Notes: generated from the letters alone by a model not told the origin. Counted from the first letter of the stretch, positions 20,601 through 29,889 are shown. The stretch: 64,000 bases of DNA from Candidatus Magasanikbacteria bacterium RIFCSPHIGHO2_02_FULL_48_18 (GCA_001784285.1 MFQC01000003.1:18151-82150); one strand, 5' to 3'. Numbers and translations are program-made.

Positions 20601-22073
20601 ATGACGAAAATAATTGCTTCGGTTTTGTATTTTACCGGTATTGGCGTGTGTCTCACCATTATTGTAACGATTGCGGGATTTGCGGTACCCGTTTTATTTA
20701 ATGACGAAGGAATTTGGATGCAGGTTGCGCAGACGTGGCACACGTATGATGAGCCGCCGTACCAAGGAACAGTGGAAAATAAAACTCCAGGGATTTTTTA
20801 TCTTTTTTTTGTTTCGCATGTTTTTTTTGGGACCGACATTTGGTTTGTCCGGGCCATTGGCATTGCGGTGACGCTCGCGACCAGCGTACTTTTGTACGCG
20901 ATTGGCAAGGAACTTTTTGATGAAATAACGGCGAGGTTCGCTATGCTTTTTTTTGGCCTTTCGGCCGCATGGCTCAGTCTTGACGGCGAATTTCCGGCTC
21001 AAACCGAGACGTTCATGATCTTTTTTTCTGTCCTCGCCTTTTTTCTTTTGTTTCACTATGCAGAGAGACCGGAAAAACAAAAACACCGCATGACCTTTGT
21101 CATTGGGGTCTCTATGGCCTTCGCAATTGCGATGAAACAAGTCGCCCTATTTACCGCGGTCGCCATAATTCCTTTTTTGTTTGCCTATTCATTCGGCAAG
21201 AAGACGCAGTGGATTTGTACATTGGCGGTGTATGGCGCAGGTATTTTTTTTGGCACCGTGCTTTCCATTTTGCCGCTTCTTTTTGCGGGCGTCGGTGTTT
21301 TTGATTACCTTTCCGGCGCATGGACGATATTGATCACGACCGGCGGCGCGGCATCGCTGTCTTTCAGATTGCAGGAATTTACCGATGTTTTTGTTTTGAG
21401 TTCGTTTGTCTTTTTTTATCCGTTTCTCGCGTTCTTTTTTTTGAAAAAAGATTTTTTTCTGCGAAAAGGGGTGCCGGTTTTTTTACTGCTTTTTTGGCTC
21501 GGACTTGATTTTTTTGCAACAAATACGTCAGGATTTTATTTTCCTCACCAATTAAAACAACTATTACCGGTTTGTTCTCTTCTTGCGGCTCTGGCCGTGA
21601 GGGCAATGCTTGAGTGGAAATTGCTCTTTCCATTCCAAAAAGATGAATTCTTGATTTTTATTGTCTCGGCGTTGTCTATTCTGTGGTTTCCCTATCAATC
21701 AATTTCATTTTTTTTTCAATATGATGCATTGTATCCTGTCCGAGAAACCGAAATACTCGGATCATGGCTTTTTTCCCGCACAAAATCGGATGAACGGATA
21801 TATTTGGTGAGTCAGGAAAGGAATGAATTATATGCGTACGCGGGACGCGCGTCTCCAAGCAAATTTTTTCTGCCGTATTTTTTTGGTTCAAAGCGCGTCG
21901 CAAATCGCGTCGTGAGCGATATAACTCTTCATCCGCCGCGGTACCTGATCTTTGATCGGCACCATGAAGGGTTTGTACCGGCATCGTTGCGAGAAATCCA
22001 AGAACAATCCTATCATTTTTTATTCTCGTATTATTATTTTGATATATTTGAATATCGCGGGCACCGTTTATGA
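20601..22073 (+). CDS. Glycosyltransferase family 39/83-like (ArnT/PMT-type) polytopic membrane protein
   Basis: About 490 aa and 10+ TM helices. N-terminal loop with DE-containing motif (NDEGIW...YDEPP) typical of GT-C ArnT/PMT-like enzymes. Confidence 0.6.
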   Translation: MTKIIASVLYFTGIGVCLTIIVTIAGFAVPVLFNDEGIWMQVAQTWHTYDEPPYQGTVENKTPGIFYLFFVSHVFFGTDIWFVRAIGIAVTLATSVLLYAIGKELFDEITARFAMLFFGLSAAWLSLDGEFPAQTETFMIFFSVLAFFLLFHYAERPEKQKHRMTFVIGVSMAFAIAMKQVALFTAVAIIPFLFAYSFGKKTQWICTLAVYGAGIFFGTVLSILPLLFAGVGVFDYLSGAWTILITTGGAASLSFRLQEFTDVFVLSSFVFFYPFLAFFFLKKDFFLRKGVPVFLLLFWLGLDFFATNTSGFYFPHQLKQLLPVCSLLAALAVRAMLEWKLLFPFQKDEFLIFIVSALSILWFPYQSISFFFQYDALYPVRETEILGSWLFSRTKSDERIYLVSQERNELYAYAGRASPSKFFLPYFFGSKRVANRVVSDITLHPPRYLIFDRHHEGFVPASLREIQEQSYHFLFSYYYFDIFEYRGHRL

Positions 22074-22139
22074 CGCTTTTTCTTTCAGGACCGCTTCCAA
22101 TGAATCCTCGGAATCTTCTTCGCCGATTTGGCTATGGGG

Positions 22140-22435
22140 AACTGATAAACCGAGAGAGAAAAACGAGTTATGCGCGGCATCTTTCCGGAGCGCGGTTTCC
22201 GAGGTTTCATGCCTATACTCGGCCAAAGGACGGCGGGCTTGAGATACATCTTCATTTGGATCAAAAAGCGCCGCTCTACAAAAGCGTGGCGGCGCATGCG
22301 GGGGAATATGATGGAGAACGCGTTGCCATGGAATGCCGGAGAATTGAAATTATGTATGGCACTATGCGCTCCGGATTATAATGGAACGGTGATGAGTTCT
22401 TTGGTTGTCTTTGACAGCACCCGTGCTGTAGTTTT
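22140..22435 (+). ncRNA. Candidate structured ncRNA (unclassified) in a GC-rich convergent intergenic region
   Basis: Local GC elevation. Long-range 9-bp pairing CCGGAGCGC (22185-22193) with GCGCTCCGG (22366-22374). Internal 7-bp hairpin GCGCCGC...GCGGCGC (22268-22295). Intrinsic-terminator-like hairpin plus T-run at about 22413-22438. No convincing ORF. Confidence 0.25.
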
Positions 22436-22449
22436 TTCTTTGAGCATAT

Positions 22450-23283
22450 CTACAGAACAATTCGTTTATGTCTTTTTCTTTGAATCAATCGTATCGGAGC
22501 AAAGACGCACCAGACCAAAAGAAAATGAAATAGCGCGATGAAAAGCGTGTACACAAACATGCCAATCATAATGCCCGTATACGCGCGAAGCGCAAGAACA
22601 CGAGTGGTAATATCCTGCCCAAACAAAAGCGTTATCATATTGATGAAAAACAGAAGAACAATAATCCAGCCGAGGCCTTTCCACATATTGGACCGGTCTT
22701 CTTTGCTTGGCGCGATATGCGTGGCAACACAAAATGACACATACAAAAAAAGCCAAAAATGCCAACGTGTCAGAGATGCTGGGTCAAAAAAAATGGCCAG
22801 AATATGGCGTATAAAGAGAAAAAGCGCGGCAACGGTCATTGGCTCGTCAATTGCCACCAGAGGAGAAAAGAGCGTTTTTCCGTCTGGAAGAAGAATATAT
22901 CCCAAAAAAGAAAGCAAGAGGACGCCAAAAATCATCGGCGCGCCGCCAATAAAAAAATTTCCTATTTGCTGGTACAGGCTTTTTGGATTGTATGAATGGC
23001 TGACATGGCCCAACGTTCCGGTTGTTTTATTTGGCCGAAAGAGCGATATTTCTTCAACACGATGACGGAAGATCTTTGCAAAAATGATATGGCCGAATTC
23101 GTGGAGCGGCGTGCCAAACCACGCGGTCCACAGGATTCCTTTCCATCCGACAACGGCGCGGTATGCTTGCTGGGTGCGCTCCTGGATTTTTGAAAGCAGA
23201 AAACCAATAAAAAAAAAGGTGCCGAGAAGTCCTACAATTTGTATGACGGTTGTGCCAATAACATTGAAAAAGAAGAGTTTCAT
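22450..23283 (-). CDS. Polytopic membrane protein with HExxH motif (putative DUF3267-like zinc metallopeptidase)
   Basis: 277 aa and multiple TM helices. GTPLHEFGH motif in a cytoplasm-proximal position. Confidence 0.5.
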   Translation of the reverse strand: MKLFFFNVIGTTVIQIVGLLGTFFFIGFLLSKIQERTQQAYRAVVGWKGILWTAWFGTPLHEFGHIIFAKIFRHRVEEISLFRPNKTTGTLGHVSHSYNPKSLYQQIGNFFIGGAPMIFGVLLLSFLGYILLPDGKTLFSPLVAIDEPMTVAALFLFIRHILAIFFDPASLTRWHFWLFLYVSFCVATHIAPSKEDRSNMWKGLGWIIVLLFFINMITLLFGQDITTRVLALRAYTGIMIGMFVYTLFIALFHFLLVWCVFAPIRLIQRKRHKRIVL

Positions 23284-23339
23284 GCGAAGAATATTCTCAT
23301 AGAATGATTGTTACTATACCATTTCTCAGTTTGGAATAC

Positions 23340-23376
23340 AAAACCCCCGGCCATTCAAGTCCGGGGGTTTGTTTTT
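23340..23376. terminator. Strong bidirectional rho-independent terminator downstream of rpmA
   Basis: AAAACCCCCGGccattcaagtCCGGGGGTTTGTTTTT, a 9-bp GC stem with an A-run before and a T-run after. Confidence 0.6.
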
Positions 23377-23389
23377 GAGCGTCGGCGTA

Positions 23390-23680
23390 TTATGCCGTTT
23401 TCTCGGTATTCACCACTTGTACGATTTTTCGTGGTTTGAGCGATCCGTCAAAACGAGTCTGTTTTTTTTGTATAAATTTCACCATCCCGGCAATACGCGC
23501 GTAGAGGGTGTCATCTTTTCCTTTTTTTACGTTTTTTCCGGGGAATATTTTTGTTCCGCGCTGGCGGACAAGGATTTGTCCCGGGCGAACATTTTGACCG
23601 TCGCCGACTTTGGTGCCAAGATACTTTGGTTTTGAATCTCGGCCAAGCCGGGTAGAGCCGCCCGCTTTCTTATGTGCCAT
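23390..23680 (-). CDS. rpmA: 50S ribosomal protein L27
   Basis: [16 protein letters not shown]...[24 protein letters not shown] is the near-canonical L27 sequence. Start at the MAHKK ATG, not the upstream track start. Confidence 0.9.
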   Translation of the reverse strand: MAHKKAGGSTRLGRDSKPKYLGTKVGDGQNVRPGQILVRQRGTKIFPGKNVKKGKDDTLYARIAGMVKFIQKKQTRFDGSLKPRKIVQVVNTEKTA

Positions 23681-23704
23681 AGAGGTATGTTTATTTCGTT
23701 CGGA

Positions 23705-23733
23705 AGTATACACGGCTCTTTTTTTCTTGTCAA
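23705..23733 (-). promoter_or_regulatory. rpmA promoter (TTGACA-N17-TATACT on minus strand)
   Basis: rc of 23728-23733 is TTGACA and rc of 23705-23710 is TATACT, with a 17-nt spacer. It shares the -35 region with the divergent promoter. Confidence 0.45.
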
Positions 23734-23755
23734 TACCGGCGTTTTACCCTATAAT
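23727..23755 (+). promoter_or_regulatory. Divergent promoter (TTGTCA-N17-TATAAT) for the 23814 membrane-protein gene
   Basis: TTGTCA at 23727-23732, 17-nt spacer, TATAAT at 23750-23755. Confidence 0.45.
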
Positions 23756-23813
23756 TGGAATAATTTTCAAGTGCCAATGTTCACAATATAATTTGAAAAT
23801 TGAAGCAAAGAGT

Positions 23814-24173
23814 ATGTCTAAATGGTACCCCCTCAAACTGTATATCAAATATCCTTCCAATATTGTTTTTTTTTCCATTGCCGGAGCGCTCAATATTGCC
23901 ACATGGGTTTGGATTGTGTGGAATATCCGCCCCCAGACGGAGCCTGTTTTTTTGCATTATAATATTTTATACGGCGTTGATTTGATTGGTTCGTGGTATA
24001 AGGTTTTTTATCTTCCTTTGCTCGGTCTTGGAATTTTTCTTTTCAACTCGTTTTTCGGTTGGTTTTTTTTCCATAAGGATCCATTTATCGCGCAAATTGC
24101 AAATGCGGTCGCCGTGATCTGCCAAATTTTTTTATTTCTTTCGGCGCTTCTTATTGTTTCATTGAATGTCTAG
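23814..24173 (+). CDS. Small multi-TM hypothetical membrane protein
   Basis: In-frame ATG 23814 (MSKWYPLKLYIKYP) downstream of the promoter. 3-4 predicted TM helices. No recognisable family. Confidence 0.45.
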   Translation: MSKWYPLKLYIKYPSNIVFFSIAGALNIATWVWIVWNIRPQTEPVFLHYNILYGVDLIGSWYKVFYLPLLGLGIFLFNSFFGWFFFHKDPFIAQIANAVAVICQIFLFLSALLIVSLNV

Positions 24174-24182
24174 GCGGCGCGT

Positions 24183-25304
24183 ATGATTTCTTCACACATG
24201 AAACAATCGGGAAAAATTGATATCGTTCTTTTTGTCTCTGTTCTCATGATTCTTGTGTTTGGACTTATTATGCTGAGTTCGGCGAGCGCTCCTGTTGGGT
24301 TGCAGAGATTTCAGGATCAATATTTTTTTATTAAACGGCAATTGCTGTTTGGCGTTCTCCCCGGCATGATATTTTTTCTTTTTTTGAGCAAATTCTCCTA
24401 TACGACGCTTATAAAATATGCGCTCCCCATTTTTTTGGGGTCGTTGATTTTGCTTCTTGCAGTCTTTATTCCCGGCATTGGCTCTTCGCTCAATACCGGG
24501 TCTCATAGCTGGCTCGTTATTGGATCATATTCGTTCCAGCCCGCCGAATTCGCCAAACTTGCCATGATTATATTTTTTGCGTCGTGGCTCTCAAAAAAGG
24601 CATCGACAATGAAGGATTGGAAACATGGATTTTTGCCCGCTGTCTTTCTCGGCATGATTCCCATCGGGCTTGTTATTCTTCAGCCGGATGTCGGCACTGT
24701 TTCTATTTTGTTCGCTATTTTCTTTGGGCTTCTTTTTTTTGCAAATACAAAAATGACGCACATGACATTTCTCGCCGGCCTTGCGCTTGCCGGGCTGGCA
24801 GTAATGATTATCGCGGCTCCCTATCGAACCGAGCGCCTTATGACATTTTTACGCCCTGAACTCGACCCAAAAGGCATTGGGTATCAAATTAATCAGGCGT
24901 TTGTAGCGGTGGGATCGGGCGGATTGTTTGGATTGGGGTATAATAATTCACGGCAAAAATTTCAGTATCTTCCGGAGGTTCACGCGGATAGCATTTTTGC
25001 GATTATCGCCGAAGAAATGGGTTTTGTCATTTCCATACTCTATCTGGTTCTTTTGGTATATGTTGCCCACCGGGGATTAACGCTTGCAAAATCGGTCCCC
25101 GACGCAAACGCTGGTTTTTTGGTGGGAGGAATCATTGTGTGGATTTTGGCGCAATCTTTTTTGAATATCGGTTCGATTGTCGGCGTTTTGCCTTTAACCG
25201 GCGTGCCGCTTCCATTTGTGAGCCATGGAGGAACCGCGCTTGCGATTACCCTTGCGGCCATGGGGATTGTCATGAACGTGAGCAGGCATGCGGTGAGATT
25301 GTAA
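24183..25304 (+). CDS. ftsW: SEDS-family peptidoglycan glycosyltransferase FtsW/RodA
   Basis: 10-TM SEDS signature regions (FQPAEFAKLAMII, GSGGLFGLGYNNSRQKFQYLPE, PFVSHGGT). Located immediately upstream of murG. Confidence 0.85.
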   Translation: MISSHMKQSGKIDIVLFVSVLMILVFGLIMLSSASAPVGLQRFQDQYFFIKRQLLFGVLPGMIFFLFLSKFSYTTLIKYALPIFLGSLILLLAVFIPGIGSSLNTGSHSWLVIGSYSFQPAEFAKLAMIIFFASWLSKKASTMKDWKHGFLPAVFLGMIPIGLVILQPDVGTVSILFAIFFGLLFFANTKMTHMTFLAGLALAGLAVMIIAAPYRTERLMTFLRPELDPKGIGYQINQAFVAVGSGGLFGLGYNNSRQKFQYLPEVHADSIFAIIAEEMGFVISILYLVLLVYVAHRGLTLAKSVPDANAGFLVGGIIVWILAQSFLNIGSIVGVLPLTGVPLPFVSHGGTALAITLAAMGIVMNVSRHAVRL

Positions 25305-25325
25305 TTTCCAAGATGCAATAATAGT

Positions 25326-26399
25326 ATGAAAATTTTTTTTTCCGGCGGGGGAACATTGGGCCCCGTCACACCGCTTCTTGCCATGCGCGAAATGCTGCAA
25401 CATGTGCACCCTGATATAGAATATCGATGGGTTGGAACAAAACGAGGGCCGGAAGCGGCTATTGTCAAAGAGCAGGGGATACCATTTATAACACTGTCAT
25501 CCGGCAAGTTTCGGCGTTATATTTCCATTTGGAATGTTGTTGATATTGTCCGCGTTATTATTGGTTTTTTTCAATCGCTTCGGTTGCTGTGGCGAGAGAA
25601 GCCGGATGTATGCATTACCGCCGGTGCTTTTATTTCTGTTCCATTGCATTGCGCGGCCTGGGTGCTGGGTATCCCGTGTTGGGTGCACCAACAGGATGTT
25701 CGCATTGGTCTTGCCAACAAACTTATAGCGCCATTTGCGACAAAAATAACAACTGCGCTCAAAAGGCAAGTGATTTCATTCAACAAAAAAAAGACCGAGT
25801 GGCTCGGCAACCCAGTGCGGCCGTCATTGTTTCAAGCCACAAAAGAAGACGGGAGAAAACGGCTTCAACTGAAAGACGACATGCCTGTTATTTTTGCGAC
25901 CGGCGGCGGCACTGGATCACAGCGTGTAAACCAGCTAATTGTGGAAGCGGTGGGTCAGTTGACCGGAAAAGCGCAGGTGATTCATCTTACCGGAAAAGAA
26001 CGGTCGCAAGAGTTGGCCGAGCGCGCGCAAAAGCATGCCCGGGATTATCATGTCTACCAATTTTTCACCAATGAAATGAAAGACGCCTATGCCGCGGCTG
26101 ATATTATTATTTCTCGGGGCGGATTTGGCACGATTACCGAAATTGCCGCGTTTGGCAAGCCGGCTATTCTTATTCCAAAACCCGGGCATCAAGACGAAAA
26201 TGTTCAATTTCTGCAAGATCAGGGCGCGGTTTTATGTCTGAATGAACGAACCAGTGACGGCAACCAACTCGCGAAAGTGATCCGCCAGCTACTGGAAGAC
26301 GCACCCCGGCAAAAGACCATGGTGGACAAACTTTCTGTCCTTATGCCGTGCGCCAAAGAAGAAGATATATTCCGTATTCTCCACGCATTGACCGGATAA
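25326..26399 (+). CDS. murG: UDP-N-acetylglucosamine--N-acetylmuramyl-(pentapeptide) pyrophosphoryl-undecaprenol N-acetylglucosamine transferase
   Basis: N-terminal G-loop FSGGGTLGPVTP and C-terminal GGFGTITE...GKPAILIP are MurG GT28 signatures. Confidence 0.9.
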   Translation: MKIFFSGGGTLGPVTPLLAMREMLQHVHPDIEYRWVGTKRGPEAAIVKEQGIPFITLSSGKFRRYISIWNVVDIVRVIIGFFQSLRLLWREKPDVCITAGAFISVPLHCAAWVLGIPCWVHQQDVRIGLANKLIAPFATKITTALKRQVISFNKKKTEWLGNPVRPSLFQATKEDGRKRLQLKDDMPVIFATGGGTGSQRVNQLIVEAVGQLTGKAQVIHLTGKERSQELAERAQKHARDYHVYQFFTNEMKDAYAAADIIISRGGFGTITEIAAFGKPAILIPKPGHQDENVQFLQDQGAVLCLNERTSDGNQLAKVIRQLLEDAPRQKTMVDKLSVLMPCAKEEDIFRILHALTG

Positions 26400-26454
26400 G
26401 TATGGATTTACTCGGCGTAATTATGAAGATTGGCCGACACAGTTAAAAAAATTG

Positions 26455-26527
26455 TGACCCCGGTGGGGATTGAACCCACGACCATCAGCTTAAAAGGCTG
26501 CTGCTCTACCAGCTGAGCTACAGGGTC
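26455..26527 (-). tRNA. tRNA-Lys (anticodon UUU)
   Basis: rc reads GACCCTGTAGCTCAGCTGGTAGAGCAGCAGCCTTTTAAGCTGATGGTCGTGGGTTCAATCCCCACCGGGGTCA. 7-bp acceptor stem, canonical D-arm and T-loop, anticodon loop CTTTTAA. No encoded CCA. Confidence 0.85.
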
Positions 26528-26589
26528 ATTTGATTGTTTCAAAACTCCTGGAATATGGTATACTACCCATCTCAAAACGTCAATATTCT

Positions 26590-29280
26590 ATGGATTTTTA
26601 CGCATCCAGTATATCACAGCTCTTTCGGGATTTCCAGACGTCCAAGAATGGTTTGACAACCGAAGAAGCGACAAAGCGCCGTACAATGCACGGAGCCAAT
26701 GTTCTTCCCCCCTCACACGAAGCGACCACACAAGTTCGCATTTTTTTTGATCAATTCCGCAGTCCATTGATTATTGTTTTGGTCCTTGCCGGTGTGGTGA
26801 GCGCTCTTTTGGGGGAGATGGTGGATATGGTGGTGATTGGGATTACTGTTTGTCTCAATACCCTTGTTGGTTTTTTCCAAGAAAATAAGGCCAATCAGGC
26901 GCTACAAAAACTTCGAACCATGGTTGAATATCACGCCGTGGTCCTTCGAGATGGGCATAAACACATTCTTCCGAGCGACGATATCGTACCGGGCGATATT
27001 CTCTTTTTAGATGCCGGCGACAAAATTCAGGCCGATGGGCGAATTCTTGAATGCGTTCATTTCCAAGTCAATGAAGCATCGCTTACTGGAGAGTCTGTTG
27101 CCGTAAAAAAAATGCAGACCACACTTAAAAAAGACACGCCCATTGCAGACCAAAAAAATATGGTATTTCGCGGGACGGTTGTGGTGAATGGCAATGCGGC
27201 GGCGCTCATCACCGCTACCGGCCCCAAAACGCAAATTGGCGGGATTGCTTCGTTGGTTCAAGAAACAGCTGAAGAAAAAACACCGCTTCAGACCCAGCTC
27301 CATCGGTTGAGCCAAAAAATCGGTATCGTGGTTCTTTTCTTTTCTTGCATCATTTTTTTTCTCAATATTTTTTTCTCGAATGGTCTGCATTCTTTTTTTG
27401 AGGCGTTTCAAATTTCGGTCGCCATAGCCGTCGCCGCTATTCCGGAAGGATTGGCTATTACGCTCACGGTTATTTTAGCGATCGGAATGCGGCATATTTT
27501 AAAGCGCCGTTCTTTGGTAAGAAAATTGGTTGCCGCCGAAACCCTCGGTTCGGTCAATGTGATTTGCACCGATAAAACCGGAACGATTACGGAAGGAATC
27601 ATGCGTGTGACGAAGATCATTACTATGCACGACGATTTGGATTTTGATGAAGTGAAGACACTCCATGTCAGCAAAGCGGATCGGCATGAAGACGCGCTTT
27701 TTGCGTTAAAAATTGGCGTTATGACGAATGACGCCATGCTCGAGACAGGTGATAACGATGGCAATGTGCCTCAGTTTGTGGGCGATACGACGGACGTTGC
27801 TTTTTTAGAAGCCGGTCGAATTGTGGGCATAGAAAAAGAACAGATGGAGTCCGTATTTCCTCGCTCCGGCCATATTCCTTTTACCAGTGAACAAAAATAT
27901 ATTGCCACCCGCCATCGCGCTGATGGCGCGTTGTTTATCTATGTCAAAGGAGCGCCCGAAGTCATACTCGGCCGGTGTGTATCTATTCAATCAAAAGGAA
28001 AAAAACAGGTTATGACGGATAAAAAACAGCAATGGATAAAGGACCAGATAGTCTCTCTCACCGATCAGGGTCTTCGCGTGATTGCCATCGCATATAAAGA
28101 AGAAAAAACAGCCGGAAAGGAACTTGCCAACAGTTCTGTATCTGAGTTGGTTTTTGTTGGATTAGCGGGTTTATCCGACCCAATCCGTTTGGGCGTTCGA
28201 GAAACTATTGAAAAAGCAAAAAAAGCCGGCATTCGGACCATTATGATTACAGGCGACCACGTCCATACAGCCCAATCAATCGCCGCTTCTATTGGCCTTC
28301 CGCATGGGGCGGAATTTGTTTGTGATGGCCTCCGCTTGGGGCAGATGAGCGATGACGAACTCACCGTTGTGGTTGAAAAAGTTTCTGTGTTTGCCAGAGT
28401 GGACCCAGTTCATAAAATTCGCATCGTCCAAACCCTTCAAAAAAATGGGAACGTGGTGGCTATGACAGGCGATGGTGTCAATGACGCGCCCGCGCTCAAA
28501 GCCGCGGATATTGGTGTCGCGCTTGGCTCGGGAACCGATGTGGCAAAAGAAATTGCGGATATTGTGCTTCTTGACGATTCTTATGAAACCATTGTCGCTT
28601 CCGTCGAAGAAGGAAGAGGCATTTATCAGAATATCAAAAAAGTACTTTTGTACCTTATGTCCGGGAGCCTTGCCGAGGTGGTCTTGATTGGCGGGAGCAT
28701 TCTCGCCGGCCTTCCGCTTCCGGTTTTGCCGGTTCAAATTTTGTGGGTGAATATAATTGAAGACGCGTTTCCTGCCATGGCTCTTGCGTTTGATAAGAGT
28801 GAAAAAGAAAACATGAAGGATCGTCCGAGAAAAAGAGGGGAATCCATCCTGGACCGAGAAATGAAAATAATGATCGTCGTGATTACACTTTTTTCAAATT
28901 TTGTTTTGCTGGGCCTTTTCTTTTATTTTGTCAGCACGATTGACGATATTGCGCGCATCCGTACGCTTATGTTTGTCGGTTTGGCTATTGCGCCGCTGTT
29001 GTATATCTATGCCGTTCGAAGTCGGCGTCGCATGTTGTGGCAAATGAATCCCTTTGATAATATTTTTCTCAATTTTTCCATTCTGTTCGGCTGGTTTTTG
29101 CTGATTGGCGCGGTGTATATCCCTCTGTTTCAAACATTATTGAGGACCGTGCCTCTTTCATTTTCCGATTGGAAAATTTTGATCCTTTTTGGTTTTGTCA
29201 ATCTATTTCTCATTGAAATCATGAAGTATTTATTTTTGGTGTCCAAAAAACACACAGTTTCATCACTTCAAGCAACATAA
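26590..29280 (+). CDS. P2-type cation-transporting ATPase (Ca2+-ATPase-like)
   Basis: DKTGTIT phosphorylation motif, TGDHVHTA and MTGDGVNDAPALKAADIGVA hinge motifs, 10 TM. In-frame ATG 26590 chosen because track ORF 26530 overlaps the tRNA. Confidence 0.9.
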   Translation: MDFYASSISQLFRDFQTSKNGLTTEEATKRRTMHGANVLPPSHEATTQVRIFFDQFRSPLIIVLVLAGVVSALLGEMVDMVVIGITVCLNTLVGFFQENKANQALQKLRTMVEYHAVVLRDGHKHILPSDDIVPGDILFLDAGDKIQADGRILECVHFQVNEASLTGESVAVKKMQTTLKKDTPIADQKNMVFRGTVVVNGNAAALITATGPKTQIGGIASLVQETAEEKTPLQTQLHRLSQKIGIVVLFFSCIIFFLNIFFSNGLHSFFEAFQISVAIAVAAIPEGLAITLTVILAIGMRHILKRRSLVRKLVAAETLGSVNVICTDKTGTITEGIMRVTKIITMHDDLDFDEVKTLHVSKADRHEDALFALKIGVMTNDAMLETGDNDGNVPQFVGDTTDVAFLEAGRIVGIEKEQMESVFPRSGHIPFTSEQKYIATRHRADGALFIYVKGAPEVILGRCVSIQSKGKKQVMTDKKQQWIKDQIVSLTDQGLRVIAIAYKEEKTAGKELANSSVSELVFVGLAGLSDPIRLGVRETIEKAKKAGIRTIMITGDHVHTAQSIAASIGLPHGAEFVCDGLRLGQMSDDELTVVVEKVSVFARVDPVHKIRIVQTLQKNGNVVAMTGDGVNDAPALKAADIGVALGSGTDVAKEIADIVLLDDSYETIVASVEEGRGIYQNIKKVLLYLMSGSLAEVVLIGGSILAGLPLPVLPVQILWVNIIEDAFPAMALAFDKSEKENMKDRPRKRGESILDREMKIMIVVITLFSNFVLLGLFFYFVSTIDDIARIRTLMFVGLAIAPLLYIYAVRSRRRMLWQMNPFDNIFLNFSILFGWFLLIGAVYIPLFQTLLRTVPLSFSDWKILILFGFVNLFLIEIMKYLFLVSKKHTVSSLQAT

Positions 29281-29304
29281 TTTTTTTATTTTTGTTCATC
29301 GTCT

Positions 29305-29889
29305 ATGATACTGCAAAAATCATATCTCAAAAAAATGCGAACCCACCTTCATGCATATCAGGCCATACGGCACGATGTCATCCATGAGTCGGATACCGCT
29401 CTCCATATGGCAAAGCGGGCGATTTTTTCAATGCAAAGGGGGGATATGGCCGTTGCGGGAGAAGCAACTCATGCAATTGAAAAAATTTTGAAGGGCATTC
29501 AAAAAAAATATGAGAAGCAGACCCAAGCAATGGATGAAGGCTCGTACAAAGCGGCCGTTGAAGAATTTGTGGAAGCGTCGCTTTTTTTGCATTTTCTCAA
29601 AAAACAGCCAATGGGTGAAATTTCCTCAATCCGTGTTGACCCAGATGTGTATCTGGCCGGCCTCTGTGACGTTCCAGGGGAATTATATCGTTTTGCCATT
29701 CGGGCCGCGAGCGAGAAGGACAGAGCCATGGTACGACGGTGCCAGGAGGCGGCGAGCGCCATTATTGGAGAACTGATCGAGTTCAATTTGACCAGTTATT
29801 TGCGGACAAAGTTTGACCAGGCCAAACAAGCCGCGCATAAGCTCGACTTGGTGGTGTATGAGTTGGCACTTCGTGAAAAAGAGATATAA
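29305..29889 (+). CDS. Translin-family protein
   Basis: All-helical 194-aa protein. YLAGLCDVPGELYRFAIRAA and C-terminal KLDLVVYELALR resemble the conserved translin motifs (LxGLxDLTGELxR and VVYDLSIRG). Confidence 0.5.
   Translation: MILQKSYLKKMRTHLHAYQAIRHDVIHESDTALHMAKRAIFSMQRGDMAVAGEATHAIEKILKGIQKKYEKQTQAMDEGSYKAAVEEFVEASLFLHFLKKQPMGEISSIRVDPDVYLAGLCDVPGELYRFAIRAASEKDRAMVRRCQEAASAIIGELIEFNLTSYLRTKFDQAKQAAHKLDLVVYELALREKEI

Noticed and set aside
22070-22541. ORFs 22070..22381 (+) and 22170..22541 (+) in the GT39/HExxH convergent gap
   Set aside because: Arg-rich translations are consistent with elevated GC rather than coding. The region has strong RNA-like pairing and a terminator. Kept as an ncRNA candidate instead, with the coding possibility flagged as an open check.
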